Positions 60,932 through 64,000 of a DNA stretch of 64,000 nucleotides are shown piece after piece; within the stretch, counting starts at the first letter, position 1, and each line of letters starts with the position of its first letter. The DNA comes from Anthoceros angustus (lineage: Eukaryota; Plantae; Anthocerotophyta). The stretch spans positions 2,133,478-2,197,477 of the forward strand of contig MU008158.1 in NCBI GenBank assembly GCA_010909165.1, written 5' to 3'. Below the pieces are notes generated by a model. It was not told where the DNA came from. It ran no database searches and saw only the letters and a program-made list of their open reading frames with translations. The position numbers and the translations under genes were made by a program.

Positions 60932-63900
60932 TCACGGCACACCATCAAGCTCGATCTTTTGATTCGCTGCTTCTTGTGCTATCTCTTTGCGAGACACTTC
61001 CCACAGTTGCTCCTCTATGCCCAGCTTTCGTAGCTCCATCAATCCTCTTTCGACTGCATCAAAAATAGACCAGACGTGAGATAGGGTGACGTAACTCACG
61101 TGGCAATCACCATCTCAAGTCAAGAGATACCAACCGTCAACGGCATGATGAGATGTGGCTGGCTGCGAACTGTGAGCAATCCAATACTGTAGTCTTTCAT
61201 CAGCGATGTCCGACTCAACTCCACTAGTCTTTGCCCGTCGCCAGAAATATATCAACCAAGCCTGCAAGGCTCTCGAGTATTGTTGTTTGTCCGGGAGAAT
61301 ATTTCAAATGCACAGATTTCAGGGAAGGTACACTGCGATGAGCCTACCTCTCTAAATTGCATGTCCTCGATCTCTTCCCTGCTTAGGTCTGCATGGAGAA
61401 ACAATTGAGTCCATTCACAGCGAGGAAATTGGCTTGGGGAATTTCAAAAATGGTGGCTCATTTGCTTACTGTGCACCACACAGTATATGACTGCGAGAAA
61501 AGGGAAGAAGCTACCAAGAAAGAAGGAACATACCCAACGCCTCCAACAGTTTCGGCTGATCTCCAGGTTTTGGCTCTGCAATAAAGACCACTTTCGGTCA
61601 TTGTGGGTAAAGAGCGCAACACTTGGTGACCTAGGGCGAAACAAGGTGAAAACCTAACCAACTCACCAGATATTGTTCCTACGCGGACAAATGGTCGCCG
61701 GTGTTCAGCCATAGCCAACTTCACTGCTTCCTCAACCTGAAAGGTGACAAGAAACTACTCAGGCCAGGCCACTGAGGATATGATCTTACTATTTTGAGCA
61801 TCACCGCAAAAAGGGTCTCCAGCACTTATATACTTTATTACTTTTAGATAAGCGAGCTCACGTAGGCCCTTCTCCACAGCAAGCATGCTTTCAATATTTC
61901 CTTCTCCAGTGATATCATTGACATCTCGAACAAACTTCGACTTCCTATCCAAGCCGTGCCCACCATCTACAAACACAATTACTTGCTGTGATGATGATAG
62001 CAAAATAAAGCATGCGGCACAGCAAAAGAGAATAGCTCAAAGAAACGCAGACATCTTCACAAATGGGCTGAAGCATCTTTACAAATGACACTCACCATCA
62101 GCATCAGCTGGAGCAGGGGCTTCCTTTGCCTTTTGGCCAGCAGAAAGTACTATCTCTAAGGGGAGAGGTGCCAAGGACGACCAATGGTCATGTTTGGTGC
62201 TCGCAATTTCTGCGTGTACACCTGGTTTACACCCAACCATAAAAAGTCAATTTTATAAATTCTAGGTCTGTGGCAACACAATTGCAAGGTGCAGGATAAG
62301 TAATCGAACCAGTATCTCACCATGGTGAGCAGCTAAGCCCCAGTAACGAGCCAGCCAGCAGCGCTTCAATACCACTTCCTCCTGAGCATGCAATGGAGTT
62401 TTCTTAAAACATAGTTGCCCTCAAAGAAATTGATAAGGAGGAGAAAATATGGCAAGATTTGGTTTGCATATAACATGTAGGCTTGATCTTTCACAGCACA
62501 GCGCTGACCATTTCCTCCTGAGTCAAGATCATCCTATGAGTCATGGTACGCAGAGCTTTTACTTCCACCTCAGCCTCACTGGCTGCTTGTGAGGCAGCCA
62601 TGGCCTCGTCCCGAGCAGCCTGAGGAAAAAAACCACTTGAATCAAAGGTATGACCTGTACCACTCCCCTTTATGAAGGGGAGTACTAGTGGCACGCTAGA
62701 TCTGAGAGTGTAGGCAAACATCCATCACGTGAAATACCTCAGTTTCTAGCCGAAGAGCAGCAATTTCGTCATCCTTCACATCCTTGGACTGCTCTTTCGC
62801 AGCCTTTAGTTCAGCCTGAATAGAGAGAACAAGGTCAAGAAGGAACCACGTTTCACATCAGGGATGCAGGGAAGACCCCGCTGCAAGACTACAATGTCCA
62901 CACTAGCTTCCAGCTTGGGTTCCTTAGGTGGGCTACGTCCTAACACTGCCATTCCAGATAAATTCAGGAACACCCTAAAACATGTGTCAGCCTTACCTCC
63001 CGCTGTCGCAAGAAAGCCTCCTTCCTGCAAGAGCCAAAAGAAATGTTACTGCACTTGCTACAAAAGCACACAGACTCTCAAATCTGTTCCATTATGGAAA
63101 AGATTACACGAGGTGGAGTCATGCATATAATTGAGACCAGTTGCTACCTTTAAGAACTAAGCAAACTGAAGACAGCTGAGAAGGCAGCACACACTCATTC
63201 TCCTTCCTCTTTACAGGATCCAGAGAGTCTGTAATGCTCTAGCAATGTTTACGGGTATGTCTCTAAGCTCCTCACAGGGAGCCGTCATTATGTAAAGTAC
63301 AGACCCTCCAACTATGCATTGCCATTCACCTGACATAAGTACAAACTTGAAGACCCAGATTGAAATTGTTAAACCTACCTGCTTAAAAGTCGAGCTTCCA
63401 TTGATAAGCCTTCTCCCATGGACGCAACCTGATAGGATCAATGATTATGGTGAAATACACTTGAATATCCTACATAATCAACAAAAGCAATAGCTTGAAG
63501 CGATTAGATCTCAAACCTGTTTTTCCAGTTCCTTTGTACGGGCTTCAACTTCCAGTGCTCGTTCTTCAGCCAATCGGAGCTGAACAGTCCCACTCATTAC
63601 TCAGAATTGGCTTTAACGCAAGGCACAAAGTACACCACAACAAACGAATCACCATTGGAGCGATATATCACTGTGATGATATCCGAAGAGCGAAGCATAC
63701 CTTCTCTTGCATTATCGCATTTTCTTCCTCCAGTTGGTCAATCTGTGATAAACGATAAACCATGAAAGCTATTCCCTCTAATAAGAGAGGAGAGTCTGGC
63801 ACTAAGACAGAGCATAATTCGTGCAAGGTCTAAGGTCACCCGGTAAGTGGTGAAACTATTAAGGAAGGTGACGGGCCTTCCAACCATGAGTGCCCATACT

Positions 63901-64000
63901 CACCTCATCCATCAATGCCGCATTCTCCCGAGACCCTCCGGACTCTGGTTGCTGCCTGAGACTTTGGGTATCCAAAAATCTGCCAATGTCAATTCAAACC
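60932..64000 (-). CDS. SCD2: Coiled-coil protein SCD2-like, 3' part; 5' end lies outside the window
   Basis: [15 protein letters not shown] / [17 protein letters not shown] / [22 protein letters not shown] / [22 protein letters not shown] / [25 protein letters not shown] / [19 protein letters not shown]. Stop at 60932-60934. Confidence 0.93.

Overview
This is eukaryotic nuclear DNA from a non-seed land plant, most likely a hornwort (Anthoceros-like). That call is an inference from the compact, gene-dense layout with ~80-110 nt GT-AG introns and a PLS-PPR protein ending in the DYW:KP 'DRH' variant. Conserved genes in order: glutaminyl cyclase (3' part), GH17 beta-1,3-glucanase with an extensin-like linker and X8 domain, a PLS-E-DYW:KP editing factor, mago nashi, cyclase-associated protein, tRNA-Phe(GAA), DNA polymerase alpha catalytic subunit, exportin-1, an unknown secreted His/Cys-rich protein and SCD2 (3' part). 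Repeat-rich islands lie between them. They contain a Ty3/gypsy remnant split by a complete Mutator-like element (long TIRs, 9-bp TSD), an 833-bp TIR element with IS3EU-type ends and a 6-bp TSD, minisatellites, an intronless GDSL-lipase pseudogene and a PPR pseudogene. The strongest leads are: (1) a MuDR-like two-gene transposon whose convergent second gene encodes an RPA70C/DDIAS-like zinc-ribbon OB fold; (2) a putative U-to-C editing PPR fused to two OSB-type 'PDF' ssDNA-binding motifs; (3) the IS3EU-like element in a plant. Several 0.6-0.9 kb tandem duplications with homopolymer indels look like long-read assembly artefacts and need checking. All family assignments come from recognising motifs by eye; no searches were run.
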